64,000 bases of DNA from Guillardia theta CCMP2712 (Eukaryota; Protista; Cryptophyta), in contig NW_005434672.1 of the NCBI RefSeq assembly GCF_000315625.1, forward strand, positions 1,239,205 to 1,303,204. The letters run 5' to 3'. Below the pieces are notes generated by a model, which did not search any database, was not told where the DNA came from, and saw only the letters and a program-made list of their open reading frames with translations. A program made the position numbers and the translations under genes. Below, in pieces: positions 37,131-48,559 of this stretch (within the stretch, counting starts at the first letter, position 1; every line of letters begins with the position of its first letter).

Positions 37131-39958
37131 CTAACTCCCGCATCGTTGCTCATCATAGTGATAAGTACCTTTAAAATGAAATTGAGCACAGAGCCTCGTG
37201 AATTTAGCAGGGTTCAAATACTTTGAAGACCATGTTGTGAAACTTGTGAACACAATGCAGTACAGACATGCTGACTGGACGCATCCCCTCCATCTGATTT
37301 GACCGGAATTCCTTTTTAGAAAAGTCAAACCGTGAATTGTAGCAGAAGTGTCAAGAAACCTCGTCGTCGGATACAGTCCTCACGGTAGCTTCAACACTTT
37401 CGATCCTACACAATATTGGCTTCTGAGAGCATCAGAAAAAAAACTTACCCTGTGTCGGTAACATCCGAATCGCATTCGGTCAGTCTCAATTTGATCTTCA
37501 GGCACAATTAGATCCAAGTGAGCAAACCACGCAAGACATACGTCGTCAACAAATTCTTTGACCCCTTTGTAGCTTTGACGAAGGAAAAAATCACAATGTG
37601 CCAGGACCTTTCATAGGTGTAAGACTAGGGTGGATACGAATGAAGCTATCGAGATTATGCTTCTCACCAACTTCTCCATGGGTCCGTTCATCCATTCATG
37701 CTCTTTCAACTTGGAGACACTCAGTACAGTACTGCATAGGGTGTAATACCTGAGCACAAGAAGGCCTCGCGCTGTGATCAACTTGCAGGGTCGAGCGTAT
37801 GATCTCACCACATCCCTTTCATTTGAGATCAGATGGCAGGGCCTCTTGCCTTCCTTTCGCACCTGACCGACGATTCCTTCAGGAAGCGCAACGTACGAGG
37901 CCTAAACATTTGGTCAGGTCTCATGCCTCAAAACACGAAACCGTTTAACCTCTTTGATATTTTGCAGCAGCTCTTCTGCACTGTCTCCCTGTCGTCAATC
38001 ATCACTTCAAATGCTATCGCGCTACATCGTGATGCTCTCACCTGAAACGGCGCACAACCCGTGACCATAATGTACAGAATAATCCCGACAGACCACATGT
38101 CTATCTTCTCCCCGGAGTAAACAGTACCCGTCACCTACGTCAAGTCTGATTAGTTCAATCTTGTGAAAAATCACTCGACCTGCTCTGGTGCAAGATGTGA
38201 TATCGATCCCACAAGCATGGTCTGAAATACATCCCAACCCTGTTGAAATATTCCAGCATGCCCGAAGTCAGTAATTTTGAGATTTCCCCTGTTGTCCAAC
38301 ATCAGGTTTTCTATCCTTAAATCTCGGTGGCACACGCATTGCTGATGGCAGTACAACATGCCATCCAACAGCTGACTGAAGTAAAACCTGGCAGCCGCTT
38401 CACTCATGGGGCGTGTCGGAGAGATGTAATCCTCAATGTGACCTCCAGCACAGTATTCCATCACCAAAAATATGGAGGATTCAGTCTCGAGGACCTCATT
38501 CACAGACACGACTGCGGGATGATTCAACATCACCATAGCTTCGACTTCACGATCAACTCTCGACATGGATGCCACATTTCCTCTTCGTATAATCTTGACG
38601 GCTTTTTTCTCCCCAGTTTCAACGTTGTTTGCCAACTTCACCACTCCCTCTGCACCTTTCCCTAAGGTTCTGAGCAATCGATAGGGTCCAATGATATCTC
38701 CACCTTGATAAGCATTATCAAACAGTTCATATTCTCGTTCGACCATGCTGGCAAGTTGCATAAATTCTTCCTTCGTTAGCTTTCCATCTCGATTGTCGTT
38801 ATACCTAAGCATGATTCTTTCTGCGAGAACCTGAAGATAATTCGGATCGATCCTGCTTGGCAGAGGTTGAGAAACCTTTCTCTTTGCTTTGCCTGCATCG
38901 TCGTAATCTTCACTGGGGTCGACAAATGCTTCGGGGTTGATTCCGTCTTTACGGATGGCTTTTAGGAACACAACCAATTCATCCATGGTAATGTCATCAG
39001 ATTCTGTAGTGTCGGCCAATCGGTAAAGCCATTCTATGAATCGCTTCCTGCCTTTGCTGCTCTTCAGCGCCTGAACTAGCATGGCTCGACGATCTTGCTG
39101 ACGCTTTTCTTCTGCGGCAAGGGCCTCCGAGTCCTCCTCATCCATTTCTTGAGTCTCATCCTCTGATTGACTGGGATCATTTGCAAGGAAGTTCTCCACG
39201 TCTATGACAGCATCATTCGAGTCTGAATTCACTTCATCATCAACCCCAAAAGCAGTATAACTGCGAGCAGGGGATGGTTCTGGCATTGAATATGAATTTT
39301 GGTCACAATCCAACTCCTGTAGCTCTCCATGCGCGTTGATCCTTCGTGCGAGGATTCGCTCTCCAGTATGAGTTCTGCGATTTTTCGGCGATCTCAAAGG
39401 AATTTGATCCTCGTTATTGCCGTCATTTGTACTTTTTCTTCCCTTTTTCTTTTTCAAGCGTTTCAACCAAACCTTGGGATGTGGGATACATCCACAAACG
39501 ACTTCTTCGTCTGGATATTCAACTTGACGCAGATAGTCCTGAAGGAGAAGAAATTCGTCGAATGACAAATGGCCTTCCAACGCAACATCAAAATGATACA
39601 ATGCCACGAGAGATCGACTAATGTCCGGTCGAAATGTAAGTAATGGGATGTCGAGGTCTTCTAAGGACGAACCCTGGACGGCTTGTTCTTGAAAGTGTAT
39701 TAGTTCATCAAGAGTAACATACCCCGTCTTGTGAGTGTCCACAGCATCAAAAAGCCGTCTTTCCTTTCTATGTCGAAAATCACGAAATCGGAATGTCAAG
39801 AGCAAATATAAGTCGCTCCAGTGTATGTCCCATGATTTAGGGAACAGGAAACATCGCTTGGCTCGCTTGTCCTCAAAGGCGCTGACATTAGACAGCAACC
39901 CACCACCTTGATTTCCATCGTCATCACCCGTGAAGCTTGGACGTCTTCCTTTCGTCAT
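37131..39958 (-). CDS. Ser/Thr kinase (CAMK/SnRK-like) with N-terminal EF-hands (3' end approximate)
   Basis: EF loops DTHKTGYVTLDE, DVALEGHLSFDE, DTTESDDITMDE and DNRDGKLTKEE; kinase motifs GKGAEGVV, AVK, HRDLRIEN, DFG, APE and DMWSVGIILY. Confidence 0.85.
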
Positions 39959-40415
39959 TGAACCAGCTCTTTTTAACAAAACCTAGCACCAGCTATACTC
40001 AAGGGATGAAGCAGGAGACATGTCGATAGCGAGACGGATGCGAGTGAAAAGGCATGTGGAACTGTGTAGATTCGCGGGAAAGGAGGGAACAGGGGGGTTG
40101 AGTGGATTGGAGGAGCGGCACAAGTTCCTGCTCCTGCCGCTAGTTCCTGCTCGTTGCACTGAAATGGTTGCGCTGCATGGATTCCCCCACCTTACGAGGG
40201 GTGGGGTTAACATGGTAGGGTGGTAGTGGGGATATCTAGGGGTGGATGGCATTGTAAATTGAACGCAGAGTCTGAGGTACACCGGTGGTGTTTTGTTCTT
40301 GAATTCAACTAGATGAGGTGGGTGGTGGAGGGTAACTTGGCCAGCCCGGCGCCGAACACCGTGAACATTATTCACGAGTCAAGTTGTGCTCAGTGGCCCG
40401 GGCCCGAGTCTGCTT

Positions 40416-40579
40416 GACAACGGTATCTGATCGTCTTCGATCCCCCTAACTTTCGTTCTTGATCAAATGAAAACGGCCATCCTTGCCGAATGCTTCCGCC
40501 GAAGTTTATCTTTAATTCATGCTAATGTATTCAAGCGTAGGCCCCTTCTTTGAACACTCTAATTTTTTCGAAGTAAACG
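40416..40579 (-). pseudogene. Two joined degenerate fragments of eukaryotic 18S rRNA
   Basis: The minus strand reads TTTACTTCGAAAAAATTAGAGTGTTCAAAG...CTTGAATACATTAGCATG, then GATCAAGAACGAAAGTTAGGGGGATCGAAGACGATCAGATACCG. Both are conserved SSU segments and the sequence between them is missing. Confidence 0.85.
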
Positions 40580-40879
40580 GCCCGTGTAGCTCGTGCATTC
40601 GAAAAGCTTCCACGCACTCATCCCCTACGTTCGTGGTGGATACGGCGTCTGAGAAGGGATACATGAGGATGGAGGGAGAGATGAGGTCATGGCCAAGCAG
40701 AACATCCCTCTAATCAGCAAGGAGGCGGAGGCGGTCGGTGGGGTCGGGAACTTCAACGCCAACTACATCAAGAGGAACGGCAAGGAGAGGGAGGACTGCC
40801 GCACTCCGTTCATCCTCTCTTCCACTCTCCTCTCTGAATCCATCCTCACCCAGGCTGATGTCACTTCCTGGCACCCCTG

Positions 40880-41950
40880 ATGACACCCCTAAACCATCAA
40901 TATACCCCTTCGATTGGACTAAAGACTTCAAGTTCCTCGTCCGGGCCTCGGCGATGGCACCTCCGACAACACGGCACCAACAAATTCGGCACAGATGCAT
41001 AGCTTGAATCCGTTCCAGGACTTGGTGTTCATTGAAATCCTCGAGTCCATATCGATGCCTTCAACTTTGATGTCAAGCCTGTTTGCGATCTCCAACAAGA
41101 CTCTCTTGACCGTCTTGCGATGGACGTGTTGCCGCCGTTGCACAGCCCCTCCATCTCCTTCCTCCGCGGCGTGAAGCGACCAGATGGGCCGCCGTCACGA
41201 CTTGATGATGATCTTGATCTCCTTGCCGTCCTTGCCGCCTGCCTTCTTCTGCAGTCTTGATGCCTTCCGAAGTTGAGCTTGTTCCTAGAGACACTGAATC
41301 GATCACTGCCGCTGTGCGGCTGTCAGCTCGACTGCGAGCGCCTCTCTGATCTTCGGGTCCTCGCTGAACAGAGTCAGATGTACTCCCTCCATCGCTTCGC
41401 TGCGTCGCTGGCCTCCGGACTGCCCCCTTTGCCCAGGGTCCTCTCTTGGCTCGAATCTTGAAAGATCGATCGTGCACGATGCTCACATGTACAGCTGTGA
41501 ACTTGCGACCATCCATCGTGAAGCCTCCTCTCTTCCCTGCCGGCTGAGAGCTTCTCCGCCTGTGCATTGCGGAGGAAGGAAACAGTCACCGGGATCTCAT
41601 ACGGAGCCTTCCCTGGCACATGATCGCTTTACTCTCTTGTACTAAGCTTCAGCGCGGCTCTGCAGCCAGCTTCTCCTTGAGCGCGTTGCGTCCCACTCCC
41701 TGCTCCTCTGGCGTCTTCGCCCACTCTCCCAGCGACATGAACTCCAGGCTCCCCGGAGAGTAGAAGGTCACGGTCGTGGAGGTTGCCAACGGCCTTGTCC
41801 AGGACCGTCAGCTTGATCGGCTCGCTCGTCCCCGCCTCGTTCAAAGAAGTTGCATCTTCGATGACTGCTGACAGCTCGCTGACGAGCTGCATGTCCTCTT
41901 GGCTTGACCGGGAGATGCTGCCTCCATTGTGATCCTCTCCAGGGGGCCTC
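40880..41950 (-). pseudogene. Degenerate intronless GC-rich coding relic (frameshifted), possibly of mobile-element origin
   Basis: Overlapping short minus-strand ORFs (41629-41892, 41374-41619, 41073-41567, 40928-41143) that look like one broken frame. Confidence 0.3.
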
Positions 41951-41952
41951 TG

Positions 41953-41967
41953 TAAACCCTAAACCCT
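41953..41967 (-). repeat. Short interstitial telomeric sequence (TAAACCCTAAACCCT)
   Basis: Two TTTAGGG units on the minus strand. Confidence 0.5.
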
Positions 41968-42035
41968 TCAAGTTCGACAAGGGCCGGCTGCTCTTACTAG
42001 GCACTGCACCTAACTTGAACCCACTAACCCTAGTA

Positions 42036-42200
42036 GGGAGGAGGGAGGGAGGGAGGGAGGGAGGGAGGGAGGGAGGGACGGAGGGAGGGACGGAGAGAGG
42101 GACGGACGGACGGAGGGACGGACGGAGAGAGGTACGGAGGGAGGGAGGGAGGGAGGGAGGGAGGGACGGAGGGACGGAAGGAGAGAGGGACGGAGGGAGG
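42036..42200. repeat. (GGGA/GGAC)n microsatellite
   Basis: Seen directly. Confidence 0.9.
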
Positions 42201-42284
42201 CTGGATGAAGCAGATGGAGGGAGAGCTTCAGACTTGATGTCTTTAAGGGTGTCTGACATTTCTATGTTCTAGCTTCCTCGAGGC

Positions 42285-42823
42285 ATGGCGGACGACGAGA
42301 AGGAACCAACACAAGCCGACGGAGGGGAGGCTCCAGTCTTCAAGAAGAAGCCAAGGCGAGGTTGTATCCGAAGGAAGGAGAGAAGCAGCGGAGATGAGGA
42401 GCCGGAGGAGCCGGTGGCCAACATCAGATCAGCGATCGAGGAGACCAAGTTGGAGCAGAGGCTGAGGAGCGGGAGGTCAGGGGTAGATGTGGACAAGTTA
42501 GCCAATGTCTACGACCCTTTGAAGAAGAATTTGATCGAAACCTTCGTCGAGCAAACGCCTGCCAGCATGCTCGACAGTCAGTTCAGCACGGAGGACTCCG
42601 CAGAGCCCGAGCTCGGCATGCTAGAGAAGCAGCTGCACAAGTACATCGACGAGAGACTCAAGGGATCGGAGAGACGAAGAGGCTTTCCGCCGAGGACGAG
42701 CTCTACGTGATACCCGAGGAGTATCGGGTAAAGTCCAAGACAAGGCAGCTAGGGGACGCAGCTGAGACTTGGCTAACGGGGATAGTGGAGGTGGAGCTCC
42801 CTTTGGAAGAGAAGCTGAAGAAC
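42285..42823 (+). pseudogene. C9orf78: C9orf78/HCA59/Tls1 homolog, frameshifted and 3'-truncated
   Basis: IEETKLEQRLRSGRSGV...SQFSTE...HKYIDERL, a frameshift near 42670, then DELYVIPEEYRV...WLTGIVEVELPLEEKLKN, after which similarity stops abruptly. Confidence 0.75.
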
Positions 42824-43296
42824 ACATGTTCAACAGTGTGGTGGGGAGGGGCCATTGAAGTGGGAGGGGGGTGGGGAGGGGCCATTGAAGTGGGTAGGGA
42901 AGGGTGGTAGTGCCAGACTTGCGTTGGAAGTCGAGAGTATCTTGGACGGATACGGTGGTGAGGCCAAGGTTATGTATTTGGAGTGTTTTGGTGGTGTCTA
43001 GGACGTGAAACGGTTGGGGACATCGAAAGCGATGGCGGAGACAAGGCAGGGTGATTCAGATTCTTCTTGTTTGATGTCATGGTTGCCAGGGATGACGATG
43101 ACGAAGCCTCCGTGATTTGTAGTAGTTTGGTGAGGAGGTCTTTGTAAGGGTCGAGTCCATAGCTGGAGGCGATTTTTATGAGAAGTCTTTAAGTGTATTG
43201 AACTTTAAAAGGATATGATTGTTCAGTGAGTTGTATGGGATATGTTGTTGTGTTGAGAGTATAGTGAAACAGTGTGGGAATGTTGTTTAATACTGT

Positions 43297-43568
43297 GCCC
43301 GCTGAACATTCAGTGAGTGGGTAATTAATCAAGATGTGCTTTCATGCCCGCTGAACTTTTAGGGGGGTATTTGTCAAGGTGCCCTTTTAAGCGGCCCGGC
43401 GGCGCTGAACTTTGAGGGGCCCGATTTGTTCAGGTGTCGTTCAATGCCCGCCGAACTTTTGATAGTATTTAAGCCCGCTCAGTGATCGGAACTCAGTTTA
43501 GGCCCCCGGGTATTTGTTCAGGTGCCCTTTCAGCGGCCTACTGAACTTTTAGGGGTCACTTTGTTCAG
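43297..43568. repeat. Degenerate tandem array of about 50-bp units (GCCCGCTGAACTTT..GGGG..TTTGTTCAGGTG)
   Basis: About 5-6 recurrences of (GCCCG)CTGAACTTT, most followed by TTTGTTCAG. Confidence 0.7.
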
Positions 43569-44427
43569 AATGGTCACGACTCGTCATATCCAACTTGTAT
43601 ATATACCCTCACACCACCGGGCCACCCGGTGGCACGGTGCGCCGGTTGAGTGACGGTTGATTGAAAGGCCTGCCGGGACCGTGCCGGGCTCAGACTCAGG
43701 CCCGGGAGGCCGCGGGCGGCTAGCCTCCTGCCTAGTCACTAGCCTGAGGCCGGGAGGCTTGCCGGGCGGCAGACGGTGCCGGGCCTGAGTCACAGTGACT
43801 CCTCCACGGGGAGCCTACCGGAGTACGAAACACTCCGCCACTGTTGAAAGTAACTGAGTCCACCCCGGGCCCAGTGATCCGATGATCAGCAATTTCGGGG
43901 AATTTCCGAACTGGACTTCGTTCACGGCGGCCACTGTCCTGGCCGGCGGCGGCAGTTTCGGGCCGCCGCCGCCGCCGAAGGTCCGAAGTTCCGCCGAATT
44001 TCCCCACTACTTCGGCCCTTGAAGGTATCAGTTAAGTTTGGGGGACAGCAGTCGGCAGGATTGGGTTTGGTTCTCGCTGTCTTTTCTCTTCTCGCCGTTT
44101 GGCCTGCCAGGCTGTGCGACGTGTCAGGGTCAAGCCTCCTCGACTCTCCTGATTGTCCTCGTACTGATTTTTAACTTCACTTTGAGTAAAGAGACTTCTG
44201 TAGGATTTTGCCAAGGTATGCCTCAATTTTGTGTACAGGGTAGTCGCTGGGAAATAAGGGGTGGTAGCTTGGTTGGAATATTAGTACCAGATAATTTCAG
44301 ATGGTCTCAAATCTAGATTCAAAGTGAGGTTACAAATAATTTTAGTCAGGGATAATAGTACAAATCAAAATATTTTTATTTCCTCTCTGAGGCCCTCCCC
44401 CAGACACCTACCTCGTTCATCATCGGC

Positions 44428-45540
44428 ATGGATCGACGCAATGCAGCTGCTGATGCCGACTTGAGAAGAAGAAAGCTGGAGCAGAGAGATCATGAGACAA
44501 GGCAAAATATCCGAGAAAGGTTAGTTGGTGAATCTAGAGCGCAAATCCCCTTATGCTTTGCATCACTTGAGGCTTCCCATGTCTTGAATGCTCCGAAATA
44601 TTTGTCTTGTGACTGGGACATGGAGTTTGATTTGATTCCTTCTGTTGGTGTCTTTTTTCACGATGTGCATAAGAAGCATAGATGCGGATTGATCAAGGAA
44701 GTCACTTCAGATAAAATGCTTGAAGTGTATGTGCTGTACAGCAAAGAGACTTTGACGGAAGTGTTTGGGAACATTTCCCAAGCCGACAATCGAAGATATC
44801 GCGGATATCTCGATTCCATGCAACCCAACGATTGTTTTCAGAGCATCTACACGGATATTCTTCCACTGGCTGATGTGGTCGGAATATTCAAAGTTACATT
44901 TCCTTTCTGTTCTGTCCTAAGTTCCATTCAGAGTACTTCAACATTTGCGTGTGATCGGATGGCTTTGTTTTGAAAATGTGAACAGGGACGAGCGACTCCA
45001 AATGGGTTTCTTCCAAAAATTTCGTCTGACAGCTGATATGCTGCACTCATATTTTGGACAACCAGGAAATACGATCGATTATTTCAAAACCTCTACAGAG
45101 CTTGGGATAATCAGAGACACTCTAAAGCGATGGCTCAATGCTCGTGGAGCTGTTAATTGAAATTCAAGGAAAGCAAGGAGGCTTGACTTCGACATTCATA
45201 TTCCTGTATTCAACTGCATACTTGCCTTATGCAAAAGGTCCCAATTGATTACAAGCTTCAATGTTACGTGTACAGGATCGGACAGTGGGAAACAATTCAC
45301 TTGGTGCATAGATGCAGAATTGTTGAAGACTGCTTTGTTTCAGAGAGAGCTGCACATCCCTCTCAAAGCGAATCCTTATCATTTAGGACCTGCAACGGGC
45401 ACTATCTATCTTGAAGGTCCGCTGTATTTTACACTCGTTTCCAAGCCTTGAACGTCGATCGGGCTGTAATTAAAATGAAATTTTCGAGAATCGTGCGATT
45501 AGGTTGGACTAATGAAATAATCTGGGAATTCCCAGACCCT
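44428..45540 (+). CDS. Hypothetical multi-exon protein (possible BAH-like segment)
   Basis: 181-aa ORF plus downstream coding-like pieces; BAH resemblance by eye only. Confidence 0.35.
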
Positions 45541-46782
45541 TGACTCTTTTGGCGCTTCGTTTTCTCCCATTCTCCCTCCCTTAGTGCTTTGTGGAAGGGG
45601 ACGGAATGAACAGGGAATGACAAGGGAGAAGGAGAGTGGAGGGGATAGGACAAACGATCATCGGATTCAGAAGGAGAGTAGAGGGGAAAAGACAAACGAT
45701 ACAGATTGAAGCATTGATTGAGTTTATCTTGATTCGCAGTCGATGCCAAAGCCTGAAACAGATGCTCGTTGAAATCTTCCATTAGGTTCGTCAAATTGGA
45801 ACTGTTGGTTTTCAGAATCATGTCATTCAGTAGCTTGACACTAACCTACTTTCGGATGAATCATGCCGCATGCAAGTCATGTAGCATCCGGCCAAGCCTT
45901 CGTATAGCATCTGGTTGGATCTGACATCAGTGTGAGACCACCTCGACCAACGTGGTTGTTCTTCATGGACCTTTCAAACTCTCAATGGCGAGATTTCAAA
46001 CTCATTCCCCGCGGCTATTTAAGGCCGATTGACCGAGGACGTCACTGGTTCTAGACTCGGAGGTTCAGGCATAGCAAACTGTGAACTTTCTCTACTTCCT
46101 TTTTTTATCGTAATCTAAGGTTGGTCTGTTTGAACTGAGCACACTGAGAGACACAATGAGTAGAATTCTGGCCCCGACGTGCCACCAAGCACAACAGCGA
46201 GTCGGAGCACGACCGTACTAGGACGCTCGGCGCCCTTTCCAGACGAGGGATGCTTTGAAGAGATCGTTAATATCGAGAGCTTCACACCTCAAGCAGGGGT
46301 TAGCATATCAGGCTTATTACATCGCCACGGCCAGCTTCATACGGTCGAGAATAACAAGGTCTGCACGCAGGGACCCTCCCGGTCAAGCGGACGAGCCGGA
46401 TCTAGCTGCATCAGGCCCTGGTTGATCGTGGCATGCCGCAATATATGGACCTTATGGACCAGATATGGACCTCAGTGTCGCGGGCGGACCTCCTTGTCTG
46501 CACAGTTGATGCAGACTTTCCTCCCTAATCTTGAGCGGCGGGCGCACTTATCCCAGGTTCAGGCAGCTCTTCTCCGGGCTCATGGCAGCTACACAGTGGA
46601 GCTCTATCCCCCCGAATCCGCGCTTGGCGGCCGGATGCTACATGACTTGCATGCCAGTGCGGCATGATTCATCATGCCTGTATCATGACGATGGAGATGG
46701 TGATGACAAATGATATCGATATTGGAGAAAAGGACTCGACGGTTTGACATTCAGTGTATTCAAGCCTCTCCGGCTGGCTTTA

Positions 46783-47790
46783 TTAGCGGGCCATGAGATT
46801 GATAATCTGATCGAGTTTAGTGCTCAAACTCTGATTGATCTCAGATGATATATTTCTAATCTCGGATCTGATTTTCTGATCCCTTTCCTTGATCCTGGAT
46901 CTCATTTTCTGATCCCTTTCCTTGATCTCGGATCTCATTGCCTCAATACTTTCATTCAAGTTTTGATTCACCTCCTCGATTGCGGTGAACAAGTTCCGAT
47001 ATGGAGTATGAATCAAGAAGATAGGGACTTCCCAGTTGAACAGCTTACCAAGTTTGTCGTCCTCGGCTGCTTTGACAAGAAATTCTTGTACTTTTTCACA
47101 AGAAAAGTCGAAGACGGCCTGGTCTCCATTGACAAAAATCCCTGTCGCGGCGATCTGCGCCTCCTTTCCAATGACATCGCTCTTGAGAACATGAGATACT
47201 CGACTAAGCTGATAGATCTTTTCGAATAGTTTCTCCGGAGCCTCCGTGATCTCAAAACAAATGTAGTGGTTCGTCCTAACCAGAACGCTTGTGAAAGGGG
47301 CAGATCCTCCCGGAGTGACTGATCTCACGTTTCTCCCTGGATCGTCTACAATGTCTTTGAATAACGTGCAGAGATATACGTCTTGATTGAAAGATAAACA
47401 CATGTCGCATTGAAAATTGTAGCCTTTCCCTGGAGCAGTTCCTGAGGTCTCTGGAAGGGAGCTGTATTCGAAGCTCGGCGGCATGTTCTCAGCCTTCGGG
47501 ATTACTGATTGCCAGGCTTTGTTGTAATGCTGGCGGAAACTCTGTGAAGCTGTCCCGCTACTCTCAAGATTCTTCCCGATGCTGTCATCAAACTTGAGAC
47601 TCTCACGGCGTACACATCCTATTTCATAGCATCTCGAGAAGATGCCAGCTTCAAAGAAGTTTCTTGACTCTATATGACGAATTTTTGCAAAATTGGCTAC
47701 GCTACTTCTGCCGAGCTGGGCTCGGTTCGCCATGCAGCCCTCGAGACTGAGCGCGAGCAAGAGGAGGAGGCGGAGGAGCATCATGGACAT
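46783..47790 (-). CDS. Intronless signal-peptide protein with a possible PD-(D/E)xK-like core and a coiled-coil tail
   Basis: Leader MSMMLLRLLLLLALSLEGCMA; QDVY...CFEITE..EKLFEKIYQLSR; 11-aa repeats MRSxIKERDQK. Confidence 0.65.
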   Translation of the reverse strand: MSMMLLRLLLLLALSLEGCMANRAQLGRSSVANFAKIRHIESRNFFEAGIFSRCYEIGCVRRESLKFDDSIGKNLESSGTASQSFRQHYNKAWQSVIPKAENMPPSFEYSSLPETSGTAPGKGYNFQCDMCLSFNQDVYLCTLFKDIVDDPGRNVRSVTPGGSAPFTSVLVRTNHYICFEITEAPEKLFEKIYQLSRVSHVLKSDVIGKEAQIAATGIFVNGDQAVFDFSCEKVQEFLVKAAEDDKLGKLFNWEVPIFLIHTPYRNLFTAIEEVNQNLNESIEAMRSEIKERDQKMRSRIKERDQKIRSEIRNISSEINQSLSTKLDQIINLMAR

Positions 47791-48004
47791 GGCTAGTCTA
47801 CCAGAGTCGCTTCAAGTTGCTGGAAGTTGGTTTGGGGGGCCTCTATTTTCCTCCTCCAAGCCCTCTTTTTCCCGCCCTCTATCGCACCAAGATATCCTAC
47901 CAAGGGAGTAGAGTTTTAAAAACGCCGGCTTTTTAAACTAAAGATTTGATCGGGGAGGGCCCAGCCTGATGAGCAGAGGGGTCAAAGCCAGCGCCAAGCC
48001 CGAT

Positions 48005-48387
48005 CCGTTTGGGATGCTTCTTGCATACTCGTTGATGAAAATGTATGATGTTGAAAGATATGATTTTCTAGCTTCATTTTGATCTCTCCCATCATGGATG
48101 TTATCATGCATCTGCTACTCATGCTGTCTGATCAGTCTGATGATGCTGTTGTTTGATGATGCTGTTTGATGATGCTGTTGGATGATGCTGTTGGATGCCA
48201 CTGCTGTTGTTTGAAGATGATTTTTGATGATGCTGTTTGATCTCTTTTTCTCTCTGATACATACTATTAGATGTTATCAGGCCAGTGTTATCAGATGTTA
48301 TCAGATGCTACTCTGCTCATCTGGGCCGTTTGGGATGCTTCTTGCATACTCGTTGATGAAAATGTATGATGTTGAAAGATATGATTT
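48005..48387 (+). repeat. 62-bp direct repeat (48005-48066 and 48326-48387) flanking GATGATGCTGTT-like repeats
   Basis: CCGTTTGGGATGCTTCTTGCATACTCGTTGATGAAAATGTATGATGTTGAAAGATATGATTT occurs twice. Confidence 0.9.
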
Positions 48388-48559
48388 ACAGGACACCAAC
48401 ATAACTCCTATGCATAACATCTATCAGATCGATAACCTTACATTACCTATTATGACCATTGTCAATTACATGTCCATACCTTCAAGTTTTGGAATGGTCT
48501 TTACTGGGACTTACAACTCTTTACTTTCTTGGATCATCAATCTTGTAACTCCATTCCTA

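Noticed and set aside
40416-40579. Functional rRNA gene
   Set aside because: Only about 160 bp, internally deleted and mutated, with no rest of the operon.
41768-42272. Pro/Ser-rich and Gly/Arg-rich ORFs
   Set aside because: These arise from the GGGA/GGAC microsatellite.
43297-43568. Possible CRISPR array
   Set aside because: Repeats are degenerate, the intervening sequences are similar to each other, there are no cas genes, and the context is eukaryotic.
46179-46713. Possible retroelement fragment
   Set aside because: No diagnostic motif could be identified in any frame.
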